Part shown: piece by piece, positions 22,649 through 32,893 of the stretch
How positions within the stretch are numbered: the first letter of the stretch is position 1
How the letters are laid out: each line of letters begins with the position of its first letter
Assembly: GCF_000143415.4 (NCBI RefSeq)
Contig: NW_003314264.1
Span: 1,931,710-1,995,709, forward strand
DNA from: Selaginella moellendorffii
Taxonomy: Eukaryota > Plantae > Lycopodiophyta
Length of the DNA: 64,000 nucleotides
Direction of reading: 5' to 3'
Notes under the pieces: generated by a model
The model's database searches: none
Seen by the model: the letters and a program-made list of their open reading frames with translations, nothing else
What the model was told of the DNA's origin: nothing
Program-made: the position numbers and the translations under genes

Positions 22649-24127
22649 TCACTCCTTTCCCAGAATCAAGCGCTTCGTCTACACAACAAGATCAGCAAAT
22701 CAGCAGTTAGACCAAAAAAAACATGTTGGACAGACCTGTTCTAGAGTCAAAAACATCACCACGTTCCATGAGCCCAGCCGGACAAAATTTGGAACAAATC
22801 CTTTGTAAAACGCAGTCACACCCTACAAAACCACCACCACAGTCATGAGCTTGAAATCGAGATTGCGAGGAAACGTTACATCGTTTTGTAAAGTCTTTAC
22901 AAAACAGTCGATAGTGCCCTTGTATTTGGAAGAATCTCCCATCATCCTCGATTTCACCTACAAAAGATAAAATGAATTTCTAGTTGGAATCACTGCTACA
23001 TACCACATGCTACATACCACATCCACCGGAGATCCAACACAAACGGCAATAAATCCAGCTCCCAATCCGGACAATACGTGAGTTAAACTGTTGTCTGGAA
23101 GGCCAGCTTTTAAAAGTGACTGAAACGAACGTTATGGAGTTGGAAGCTCGTCGAAACTGACCGACACGAACCTGTTTTACTTGATCATAGCTAGCGAGCT
23201 CGGCCGCGTTGATGATAGCGTTACGGGCCACATTTGGACCCAGGCCAGTCCAAAGTTTTGCGAAACCTTCCTGTATGAGATGAAGAGTCGGACTTGAGAT
23301 GAAAAGACAGTATGTTCGCCATACCTGTTTCACTATTTTCCCGTAAGCATCCATTGCTCCGGAGTACCGCCGAGGAACTCCGGGTGCCAGTTTTCCTTCG
23401 GCCTGTAGCCGAACCTTCACAAGATCAGTAGGATTCGCAACAGTTATGGCTAAAGCACCTGCCAAAAGAGATTAATCGTAAGCAAAGACACCAAAATCAA
23501 GGAACGAAACAGGCCAAAGTAGCAGACCTGTCGTGAGTCCCGCGGCAATTTTCTTGACCAAAGGCACGTCACCGGTGTGATCTTTTCCAACATATAGCAT
23601 TTTGACCTGCAGCAATCAGTCCATAGCTCATTAGAGATGAAAGAAAAAGAAGGAAAAAGAAAAAAAAAAGAGTAGAAGAGCCTCGATCAACTTACAGGCT
23701 CATAAAGCCCAATTCGAAGACCTCCAAACAAAACCTGGCGGTGCAAGCCAGGAACGATTCCTTTCCACAGCGCTCCGGCGCCCTCTTCCTTGGCAATAGT
23801 CGTCACGGTACCCAACAATCCCCTATACTTCAATCGCGAGGCATCGGCTCCCTCGGCAGCCTTCCCCTGGAGCTGGAGCCTCACCTTAGCAGTATCGATA
23901 GGAATGGTAGTGACCTACACAAGCAAGCTACTCGTCAATCCAGCCCAAATGCATCACTCCTATCACTAAATCCCGAAATAAACGCGACCCGATCGGCAGG
24001 GAGGAAGAGGAAGGGAGGAACAAGCACTGACCTCGGCGAAGCAGGCGCTAAAGGCACTGCACGCAAAGTTCTTGGCGATGAGCGACACTGCCGACGGCTG
24101 GTGCTGGAGCTTCTGATCTGCCGCCAT
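22649..24127 (-). CDS. Mitochondrial uncoupling protein (PUMP/UCP1-2 type carrier)
   Basis: SAFSACFAE|..[74 protein letters not shown]. Confidence 0.95.
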
Positions 24128-24403
24128 GCCTGGAGCTGGAGGCGCCACAGCCGGACCTTCGCTCCCGATCGATCCGATCGGCTATGGCGCAGCACGCATT
24201 CAGCTGAAAAAGACGAGAGGAGCCCTCACTCCCAAGGCAAAATATATATTCCCTAGCTTCCTTTTCTCACTTAAGCAAATCAAGCCATCAGTTTAGATTA
24301 GCGCATTATGCTTAACACCACAAAGGAGAGAGCTTCTATACAAAATTTACATACAAAAGAAGGAGATCAACTCTTCTCCTTCCTCCTCCTTGGCTTGTTC
24401 TTG

Positions 24404-25561
24404 TCATTTCCAAAACGCGAGGCGAGAGATCTTCTGCGGCAAGCACATCAGCGGCGACGAGAAATTCGTGCTTGAGTCCATGGAGGGCGAGGAGGAGGAG
24501 GAGGAACCCGCTGCCACCACGGACGAGGAAGACGAAGACGACGAACTCCCCTGTGAATTCCTCCTCCAAAACTTGAGGACGTGCAAGCTCTCCTCCTCGG
24601 TGTGGCGCTGCACCGCGATCCGGGACGCGAATCCCTTGCTCTGCATTATCCGGCAGATCTCTCCCGGATTGTTGGCGGTGAGCGTGACCAGGTAGAAGCA
24701 GCCCCGGCTGGAGATGATCCCGTCCACCACGCCCAAGAGCCGGTCGATCACCACCCTGCCTCGATCACCCCCGGCCCAAGTCCCTGTGATCCCCGGAGCT
24801 CCAACTTCGTCCTCGGGTGTGGGGACGTATGGAGGATTGAAAACCAGCAGGTCTACGCTGCCGGCCAGCCGCCTCTCGAGGCCCGAGACGAGATCGGTGC
24901 GCACGACGTCCGCCGAGACGCCGTGCGCCTTGAGCGTCTCGAGCGTCGTCTCGGTGGCGGCCTGGTTGATATCTGTGGCAACGTATTGGGACGACTCAAC
25001 TTCGTCGCGCAGCATCAAAGCCAGGGAGGAAATCACGTACCCACTGCCACAGCCAATCTCCATGCACAGCTTGGGCTGGAGCTCCGCAAGGTGGGAGCGG
25101 TCGGCGAGGAGGGCGTCCACCAGCGCGAAGGAGTCGTCGCAGGGCTCGTAGACGTCGGCGTGGCGGGCGACGAGGCGGATGTCGGCAGATTTTCTTCGCG
25201 GCGAGAGGACCTGGAGGAACGAGCACGAATCCGATGAGACAAAGCACGTAGAAAACTCGAGCCTGACTCTGAAAGAAAGAGAAGACAATGCAAGACTCTA
25301 GATGCTCGCTCGGGAAAATGCGAAGGAAAGAAATCGTTTGAGAAGGAGAAGGAATGCCAGAGATCCAAAGGGAAAGAGCTCACAAGAAAATGCGAAAAAC
25401 AACCAAACTGGAGGGGAGAGAATTACGTTGTTGGCGCTGTAGGTGTGGCGGAGCTGCTCGCGTAGCGACGGCGCCACACTGTCCATGCTCAGGACGCAAT
25501 CCATGCTCCGCTTGTGAAAGAGCTGCTTGCGCGAGGGCGAAACCTCAGCTGCTGCTGGCAT
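24404..25561 (-). CDS. HemK2/N6AMT1 (Mtq2)-type eRF1 glutamine methyltransferase
   Basis: VYEPCDDSFALVDAL, EIGCGSG, FNPPYVPT, WAGG..GR. Upstream exon 25561-25427 joins 25210 in phase 0; the 5' end is less certain. Confidence 0.88.
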
Positions 25562-25854
25562 CAATCACAGATTCGTCAAACGCACGCGGCAGAGCCAAAA
25601 TCTCACCCATGATTGATTTCTTCACGCGACGCGCCCGGGGAGAAAAGATCCGCAGATCAATCGCTCGCTCGCTCCGCTCGCTCTCGCTAAGACCTAAACG
25701 CAGAGCCCTAAAATCGTAAAACCGGGGATAAGGAGGAATCGTGCTCCTCTTTGCGGCAGGTGTTCGCCTGTGCCGAGGCGATCCGCGATCGTCTTTCAGG
25801 GAAGAAGCTTCCTCGAAAAAGACCTTTTGAAAAGGGCAAAACGAACAAAGGAAT

Positions 25855-28350
25855 CTAGGGCTCCTCAAAACATTTTTTAGGGTTCTTCGCTCGCGCTGCT
25901 CGAAGAAGCTCCAAATTCGCGGGCTCTTCCAGCCACATTCCTCCGGCATCGCTTCTCAGGCACTCCGCCAGCAGCAGCTCACCGCCGTAGGCCATCCCGG
26001 GCAAGAGCAAGCAAGCGACGAGCCCAGATCTCACGGCCTGGTAGACTGCAAATTTGCTGCCGCCGCTCTCGCGCTGGATCATCGCCCACAGGCACTCGAC
26101 GATCGCGCCTGCGAGATCATCCTCGCCCGGATCGTCACGATCCACACCCGCGCGCGCACTGCTCCTCCTCGCGAGCAGCCGCGTGAGCTGCCGGACGCCG
26201 TCGACGAAGACGATCCTCTGGAGCAGCCCTGGCTCAACGGCCAGGTTCTGGATCAACTTCACGAGGTTGTACCGCGCAGCCTCTCCCTGATCTTCGCGCG
26301 ACAGTAGCTCCACCACCCCCTTTAGATTCCGGCTGTGAGGCCCCGCGACTAGCATCCTCCCCCCTCTCGAGCAGCAGGAGATTTGGACGAGACGATTGCT
26401 CGCCCAGGCCGCGTCCTCCATCGCCCCGGCGGTGATAGTTTCCATCAGCTCCTGGATAGCGGCGATAAGATTTCCTCCCTCGTCCTGGCGCTCGAGCGCC
26501 ACCTTCAAATTCTCGCTAGCTTCACTCTCGCTGCGATCGATGAGGCCGAAGCTATAGCATCGCCCAAGCTCCACAATCGCGTTCGTGTAGTCCTTGGCGG
26601 CCGATTCTCGGTAGAGACACATCGCTTGCACGGCATTGGCTTGGATCCCTCCTCCTCCACGCTCGTAGATCATTCCTAGCCGCCACAACGCCTCTGGATC
26701 GCCCAACAACGCCGCCATCCTATACCACGTCCGGGCTTCCAAGAACTTGTGCTCGCTTCCTCTCCAGTCCGCCATGAGATCGCCCATCCCGACCTGGATC
26801 TTGATCTTCGTGGCTTCAGAAAGAGCGCTAGAGTCTTGGATCCATTCCCTAAGTGCTCCGAGTGGAATCGTGCGCTGTTCAACCGCATTGCGCAGTAGCC
26901 AATTCTCTCCCAAGTAGTAGACCAGCGCCTCTAGCTCGTCGGCAGAGAGATCGGCAAGGAAAGATCCGCCAGTGTTCTTGGTGTTCTTGGTAATCCTGCT
27001 TCGCGTCTCGAGGCCCCGGATCATCCCCAGAAAGTCGCAAATCTCCGAGAACTCGGGGCGCATTCGATCCTCTTCATGGCGGCACCTAGAGAGAAATTCA
27101 GCAATGTAGTCTGGAATTCCGCCTAGTCCATCGTCGCCACCCAAGATCTCGTAGCATACTATCGCGAAGTCGCGAATGTCGGCTTCCCTGGAGTACAAAC
27201 TTCCACCGTTCTGATCGAAAACCATCCTCTTTCCCGAGCCTGTTCTTGAGGAAGTTCTTGCGATCCTGGACAGGATCTTCGCGAGCCCGAAATCCGAGAG
27301 CTTGACGATGAAATCTCCAGCGCGAGAGAAGCTCACGAGAGCGTTCCTCGTCTTGAGGTTCGTGTGAATGATCCTGAGATCGTGCAAGCACCTCATCCCC
27401 CGGGCGATCTGGAGCATAATATCCAGCGATTGATCCAGGGAGAAGGGCCCCGGCTGTGAATCCTCACCTCGAGCTCGATCCCTCGCCTTCCCCGCGATCA
27501 CGGCCGAGAGATTTGTGCTCATCAGCTCCATCACCAGCGAGCAGCCCTGGTCTCCCCGCGGCGCGATCCCCAGGACGCGCACCAGATTGGGATGGATTGC
27601 GTGGAAGAGCGGCGCAGCATTGCTTCCCAGATCGACCGGCAGCACCTTCTCCGCGAAGCTCTGCCGCAGCCATCGTGTTTGAAAAACCCTAATGCCCTGA
27701 CTTTGGCCGATGGTTTTCCCGCGCTGGAGCTCCGCGGGATTGATCCTGTATGCTCCGGCCATCTCGCGCGGATCGAGCCGAGCGATGAGCGTTTGCGCCA
27801 TCTGATGGAGCTGCTTGTTCTTCTCTCGATCTATCGTCTTGCACAAGGCCTTGGATTTCTGGAGGACTTCTAGCCGATCGCGCCGCGACAGCTCCTCCAG
27901 CGATGATGCTCGCAGGCTGCCCAGAGTCTCCTCCATGTAACCAAGAAGGACCCCCTCGTCGGGTAGAATGCGAGCGAGCGCCAGGGATTTGCACAGATCT
28001 TCCACCGCGACTTCGAATTCCTGCTGGTTTTCTTCCTTGAGCAGGGCCTTCTCCAGCCAGTGCGCCCTGGATCTGCCGCAGGAGGAGACGAGCTCGAGGC
28101 ACTTGATCACGGCTGCCTTCACGATGGTTTGGAATCCTCCATAGCTCTGTTCTTCCACGAACCCTTCCACGAAACAAGCGAGGAATTTGCACTGCCAAAT
28201 CGTGATCTCCGAATTCTCGGCCGCAGACGCTATCCGCTCTACCAGATCCGCCAGCGGCCGCTGCTGATCGATTGAAAAATCTTGCGAATCCGCGGCATCG
28301 AAGCAGCTGCTACTGCTAGAAGAGATATCTCTCCTGGAATCCAAAGACAT
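25855..28350 (-). CDS. Intronless multidomain protein: N-terminal helical domain, TKL-type pseudokinase, SEL1-like repeats, ARM-like repeats
   Basis: 831-aa ORF. Kinase motifs HPNLV, LVMELM, IMLQIARGMRCLH..IIHTNLK..N, KLSDFGL, RPEFSEI. SEL1-like WYRMAALLGDPEALWRLGMIYERG..LYRESAAKDYTNAIVELGRCYSFG. Helical C-terminal repeats. Confidence 0.85.
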   Translation of the reverse strand: MSLDSRRDISSSSSSCFDAADSQDFSIDQQRPLADLVERIASAAENSEITIWQCKFLACFVEGFVEEQSYGGFQTIVKAAVIKCLELVSSCGRSRAHWLEKALLKEENQQEFEVAVEDLCKSLALARILPDEGVLLGYMEETLGSLRASSLEELSRRDRLEVLQKSKALCKTIDREKNKQLHQMAQTLIARLDPREMAGAYRINPAELQRGKTIGQSQGIRVFQTRWLRQSFAEKVLPVDLGSNAAPLFHAIHPNLVRVLGIAPRGDQGCSLVMELMSTNLSAVIAGKARDRARGEDSQPGPFSLDQSLDIMLQIARGMRCLHDLRIIHTNLKTRNALVSFSRAGDFIVKLSDFGLAKILSRIARTSSRTGSGKRMVFDQNGGSLYSREADIRDFAIVCYEILGGDDGLGGIPDYIAEFLSRCRHEEDRMRPEFSEICDFLGMIRGLETRSRITKNTKNTGGSFLADLSADELEALVYYLGENWLLRNAVEQRTIPLGALREWIQDSSALSEATKIKIQVGMGDLMADWRGSEHKFLEARTWYRMAALLGDPEALWRLGMIYERGGGGIQANAVQAMCLYRESAAKDYTNAIVELGRCYSFGLIDRSESEASENLKVALERQDEGGNLIAAIQELMETITAGAMEDAAWASNRLVQISCCSRGGRMLVAGPHSRNLKGVVELLSREDQGEAARYNLVKLIQNLAVEPGLLQRIVFVDGVRQLTRLLARRSSARAGVDRDDPGEDDLAGAIVECLWAMIQRESGGSKFAVYQAVRSGLVACLLLPGMAYGGELLLAECLRSDAGGMWLEEPANLELLRAARAKNPKKCFEEP

Positions 28351-28450
28351 GGCGGAAAAAACTCCTCACCTTCGAAACTCGCGATAGACCTCAAAGAATC
28401 CCTGTTGAGGCGGCGGACTGTGCCCCTCATCGATCGATCCGGCGCGTGGA

Positions 28451-30064
28451 ATGCCGGCGGTCTTGGATCTTTCCCTGGACGCATCCGAGAGAGAGCTCGC
28501 CGATCGCCTCAGAAGCGCCAAGAACACCGCGCAATGTCAGCTCCTCCATGCCCAGATCCTCGCGAGCCGGCGCCACCGTGACAGCCTCTTCCTCGCGAAT
28601 GCGCTCATCCAGATCTACGGCAGATGTAACGAGGCCGGAGAATCAAAGCGCGTCTTCGATGGAATGGAACGCCATTGCTTCCTCACCTGGAAGCTCCTCC
28701 TCCAGGCATATGCCTTAAAGGGGCATCTGGAAGATGCCAAGCGAACATTCGAAGCCATGCCCGAGAGAGATGCCGTGTGCCACAACATCATGATCACGGC
28801 CTATGGAAGAGCCGGCCAGCTGGAGCGCGCCAAGCGTATGTTTGACACGTCGGTGGAGTGGAGCATCGTGACGTGGAATGCCCTACTGGCAGCATATACC
28901 GAGAACCGGCATTTTGACCAGGCGGTGGAAATATACCGGATTATGCCCGCCGTGAGCATCGTCTCCGCGAACACGATGATGCATGGCTATGCCCTAGAGG
29001 GCCGGATCGAGGACGCTGCCGCGATCTTTGATCGAATGCCGGAGATCAGCATGGTTTCGTGGACGGAGCTCCTCGCACTCCATGCCCAGAGGGGAAATTT
29101 GCGGCGGGCGAGGAAGATCTTTGCACAGGTGCCCGAGTTGAATGTAGTGATGGCCACGGCGATGATCCAGGCGTGCGCGCAAAGCGGGGAATTGCGGCGA
29201 GCAGTGGCGATCTTTGAGAGGATGGGCGAGAGGAATCTTGTGGCGTGGACGGCGATGGTGTGCGCATTCGTCCAGGGCGGGGATTTGGCGTCGGCGAAAG
29301 CGCTGTTCGATTCAATGCCGGAGCACGACACCGCCTCGTGCAATGCGATGCTCCAGGCGCTAGTTTCCCTGGGATTTCTCGAGGAATGCAAGGGAATGTT
29401 TGATTCCATGGTCGATCGAAACGAAATCTCGTGGGCAGTGATGCTCGAGGCGTATGCCCAGACAGGGGATCTCCAGCAGGCGAAGCAACTCTTCGATTCC
29501 ATGCCCGATCAAACGCTAGTGGCACGGACCGCGATAATGGGTCTCTTTGCAGAGAAGGGACACTTGCGCCTGGCAAAGAAGATCTTTGACACGATGTTCT
29601 TGCGGGACACGATCGCTTGGAATGCTATGGTAGCTGCAAATGCCCGGAGCGGGCATGCTACCGCATCGCTGGATCTCTTCCACCGCATGGCCGTGGAGGG
29701 CTATAACCGCGAGGAGCTCGCGTTCGTCAGCGTTCTTGCGTCGTGCGCGCAAATGGGCGCGCTGGAGCGCGCTCGGGGCTACTTTGTGTCGATGGAATTC
29801 GACCACGGTCAAGCGCCTGAGCTGGAGCACTACTCGTGCATTGTGGATGTGCTCGCGAGGCTGGGCTACCTCCGCCAGGCGCGAGAGCTCCTCTCCACCA
29901 TGCCCTTCGTGCCCAACGATTCGAGTTACAAGGCGGTGCTCAGCGCTTGCCGGATCCAACATAACGTCCGCCACGCGTCTGGGATCCTGCGCGAGTGCCA
30001 CACCAACCACTGGGACACGGCGGCGCCGCTCGTCCTCTTCTCCAACGCCGCCAGGAGCGATTAA
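28451..30064 (+). CDS. PLS-class PPR protein with an E domain and no DYW (organellar RNA-editing factor type)
   Basis: Repeated 31-aa motifs (A..LFDSMP....SW..M..AYAQ.G); HYSCIVDVLARLG..MPFVP..AVLSACRI E region. Confidence 0.93.
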   Translation: MPAVLDLSLDASERELADRLRSAKNTAQCQLLHAQILASRRHRDSLFLANALIQIYGRCNEAGESKRVFDGMERHCFLTWKLLLQAYALKGHLEDAKRTFEAMPERDAVCHNIMITAYGRAGQLERAKRMFDTSVEWSIVTWNALLAAYTENRHFDQAVEIYRIMPAVSIVSANTMMHGYALEGRIEDAAAIFDRMPEISMVSWTELLALHAQRGNLRRARKIFAQVPELNVVMATAMIQACAQSGELRRAVAIFERMGERNLVAWTAMVCAFVQGGDLASAKALFDSMPEHDTASCNAMLQALVSLGFLEECKGMFDSMVDRNEISWAVMLEAYAQTGDLQQAKQLFDSMPDQTLVARTAIMGLFAEKGHLRLAKKIFDTMFLRDTIAWNAMVAANARSGHATASLDLFHRMAVEGYNREELAFVSVLASCAQMGALERARGYFVSMEFDHGQAPELEHYSCIVDVLARLGYLRQARELLSTMPFVPNDSSYKAVLSACRIQHNVRHASGILRECHTNHWDTAAPLVLFSNAARSD

Positions 30065-30088
30065 CCGATCCATTGCCAAGCTTCTCCT

Positions 30089-31737
30089 TTACTGCTTGAC
30101 AACGGGAATGGAGGCCATCGCTGCCGCGGCTTTCTCGTCGGAATAGTCGAGATCTTCGATCTCTCCACTCAGAAACTTCTCGTACGAGGCGAGATCAAAG
30201 TGGCCGTGGCCGCACAGTGCCAAGACAATCACTTTGGCCTCGCCACTCTCTCGGCATCGCTCCGCTTCACGGATCGTAGCAGCGATCGCGTGAGTTGGCT
30301 CAGGTGCTGGAATTATTCCTTCGCTTCGAGCAAATTGTAGAGCTCCTGGACATACCAGTCTTTAGCCGGGAATACCAGTAAAAGAGCGATTTTTCTACCT
30401 TGGAAGCATTCTTTCTGCGGTATAGCTATGGCCTCCATGAGCTTAAGATTGTAGAGGTGTGATATCAGCGGTGCCATTCCATGGTACCTCAATCCTCCTG
30501 AGAAACTAGAAAGTTACAAAAGTTGGTAAACGCGAAACTTACCAGCATGGATGGGATCTGGAATAAAGTCGTGCCCGAGCGTATGCATCTTCATCAGGGG
30601 CGTAAACCCGGCAGTGTCACCATAGTCGTAAGCGTACACTCCTCTTGTGAGTGATGGACAAGCCGCCGGCTCGACTGCTCGGATCACCGGATTCATCTTC
30701 CCTGCGAACTTCTCCCGCAGAAACGGGAAAGCCAAGCCTCCAAAGTTCGATCCGCCGCCGGTGCAACCGATGAGTATGTCCACGTCGGTCTCTCCGGCTT
30801 TGGCCAGCTGAAGCAAGCATTCCTCGCCGATCACCGTCTGGTGGAGAAGGACGTGATTGAGGACGCTCCCCAGTGCGTAGTGCGTGTTCGAGTCTTGGAC
30901 AGCAACTTCCACGGCTTCAGAGATGGCAAGGCCCAGGCTTCCCGGACAGTTCGGATCCTCGGCTAGCATTTTGCGGCCCGTGGCTGTAATAGCCGAGGGG
31001 GAGGGGTAAACTTTCGCTCCCCACGTCTCCATCATCGTCTTCCTGTGTGGCTTCTGGTCGTAAGATGCACGAACCTGCCATACCTGCAACAAAACTATAT
31101 AGCTTCTTTCTCACTACGAACTTCAAGTGGTTATACCTCGCAGTCGAGATTGAAGATTGAGCAAGCAAAAGCCAGAGCGCTTCCCCACTGTCCAGCACCA
31201 GTTTCAGTGGTGAGACGCTTGATTCCTTCCTTGGCATTGTAAAACGCCTGTGGGACGGCCGTGTTCGGCTTGTGTGATCCCGCTGGACTCACACCCTCGT
31301 ACTTGTAGTATATCCTTGCAGGAGTTTCTAGCAACCGTTCTAGTCGCTTGGCCCTGGCATGCATAACAGTACAACTAAGCGATGAAGAAAAGGCTTCAAA
31401 AAAACTCAAACCTGAAGAGAGGCGTTGGCCTCCACAGCTTGTACACCGCGAGGACCTCGTCTGGAATGCCAATGTAGCGATCGCTGGACATCTCCTGGCG
31501 AATAAGTTCTTGGGGAAATAAAGCCCCCATGCCCTCTGCTTTCAACGGCTCCAAGCTTCTAGGATCCAGAGGAGGCGGCGGCGGCTGCGGCAAATCTGCG
31601 GTAATGTTGTACCATTTTGCTGGAAGATCCTTCTCATCCAGACTAACCTTTGTGTTGCTGCCACACCTTCTAACCGATAACAGCCTTCTCGTAGCAGGAA
31701 CATCATACAGCCGGAGCCGGAGAACTCTATGGTGCAT
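30089..31737 (-). CDS. Tryptophan synthase beta subunit, type 2 (TrpB2)
   Basis: [61 protein letters not shown]|[16 protein letters not shown]. Alternative ATG at 31761. Confidence 0.95.
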
Positions 31738-32099
31738 CGACGCAGCCGTGAGGTTAAACATCAGAAGGGCGTAAAAAACTGGTAAAAAAGTACCAAGACT
31801 TTCATAAAATGAAAACAAGAGTTTACCTGCACTGTAATCTGAAAGAAATAAGAATATAATATGAGGTAAAATTGCCACTATGGAGATCTTTAAGATTTCA
31901 TTGTCGGCGACCTTCGAGCGTGCCTCCTGTTAAAACTCGTTCTGATTTGCAGCGTGGAGGTGGCCGAGCAAAAAAATTTGAAACGAAGGATTCTTTGGGA
32001 GCTCTTCGGGACGTGCCGACCTTCAAAGAGATAAAATAAGAATTAAGAATCACCATATGATAAAAGAAAAACATCTATATACAAAAAGCCATCCTTGCA

Positions 32100-32893
32100 T
32101 GATCTTCCAAGGGCTTCCATCATCCGTGGTTCTGTGTCACAAACTGTCACTTAAATCGGGAAGCAATCAATATAGCTGTCCAGATCCATGTGTTTATCCA
32201 GGATTGCATGTAGGCGTAGAAGTCTTGGCATTCTCCTTCTAGAGCTGTGTGATGCCGACAAATATGAAGTCCATAATTGCAAGTGCCTTGTGAATTTCCC
32301 CTCCAAAGAGAGGATCTGCCACATTAACGAGTGTGTAGCCGGTCTGTCCGTCCATATGGATAATGATACGTTGGCTAACGTAAGCTCTCAGCAATGCAGT
32401 GGTTATTTCCAGGGGCCTCTTGTCTATGGCCTCGGAAACTGCTGGCACCGTCTTTTCTCCATCAGGGAGGAGAGGATCCCCTGTCCATTTGCCATCTCTT
32501 GGAGATGGGTGGCGGGTCTTGTGCCCATTCTTCATGTTGTCGTGGGGGAGAACGAAAAGGGGTGCGATACCTCCATGTAGTTGGAGAGTAGTTCAAGTGG
32601 TGTGTAAGCGGCTCAGAGAGTGGAGCTGAATAGACTGTTCCTCGGTCGAGAGCCTGTTCGTTAGCAAAAGGTCCACATCTCGTGAGGTGGGGTAAGATGG
32701 TATCTGTTGCAGTCCTACAGGAGGGCGTATGGGATATGAATGAGGGGCTGCAGCTGGCCCAAATGGTTCCTCCTGGGCCTACCTTGTGTCTTGCCAGATT
32801 GCAAATCCTGCTGGTGCTGTGACTAAATGCTGTGGGAGTTGGGGCTGATCTCCGGGCAACAATCCATTCTAGTGCTTGTGTTGATATGGTCAT
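32100..32893 (-). mobile_element. Possible highly degenerate non-LTR retroelement (L1-like ORF2 C-terminal) remnant
   Basis: Coding-like island with broken frames. KWTGDPLLPDGEKTVP loosely resembles the CCHC region of LINE ORF2. Weak evidence. Confidence 0.3.
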
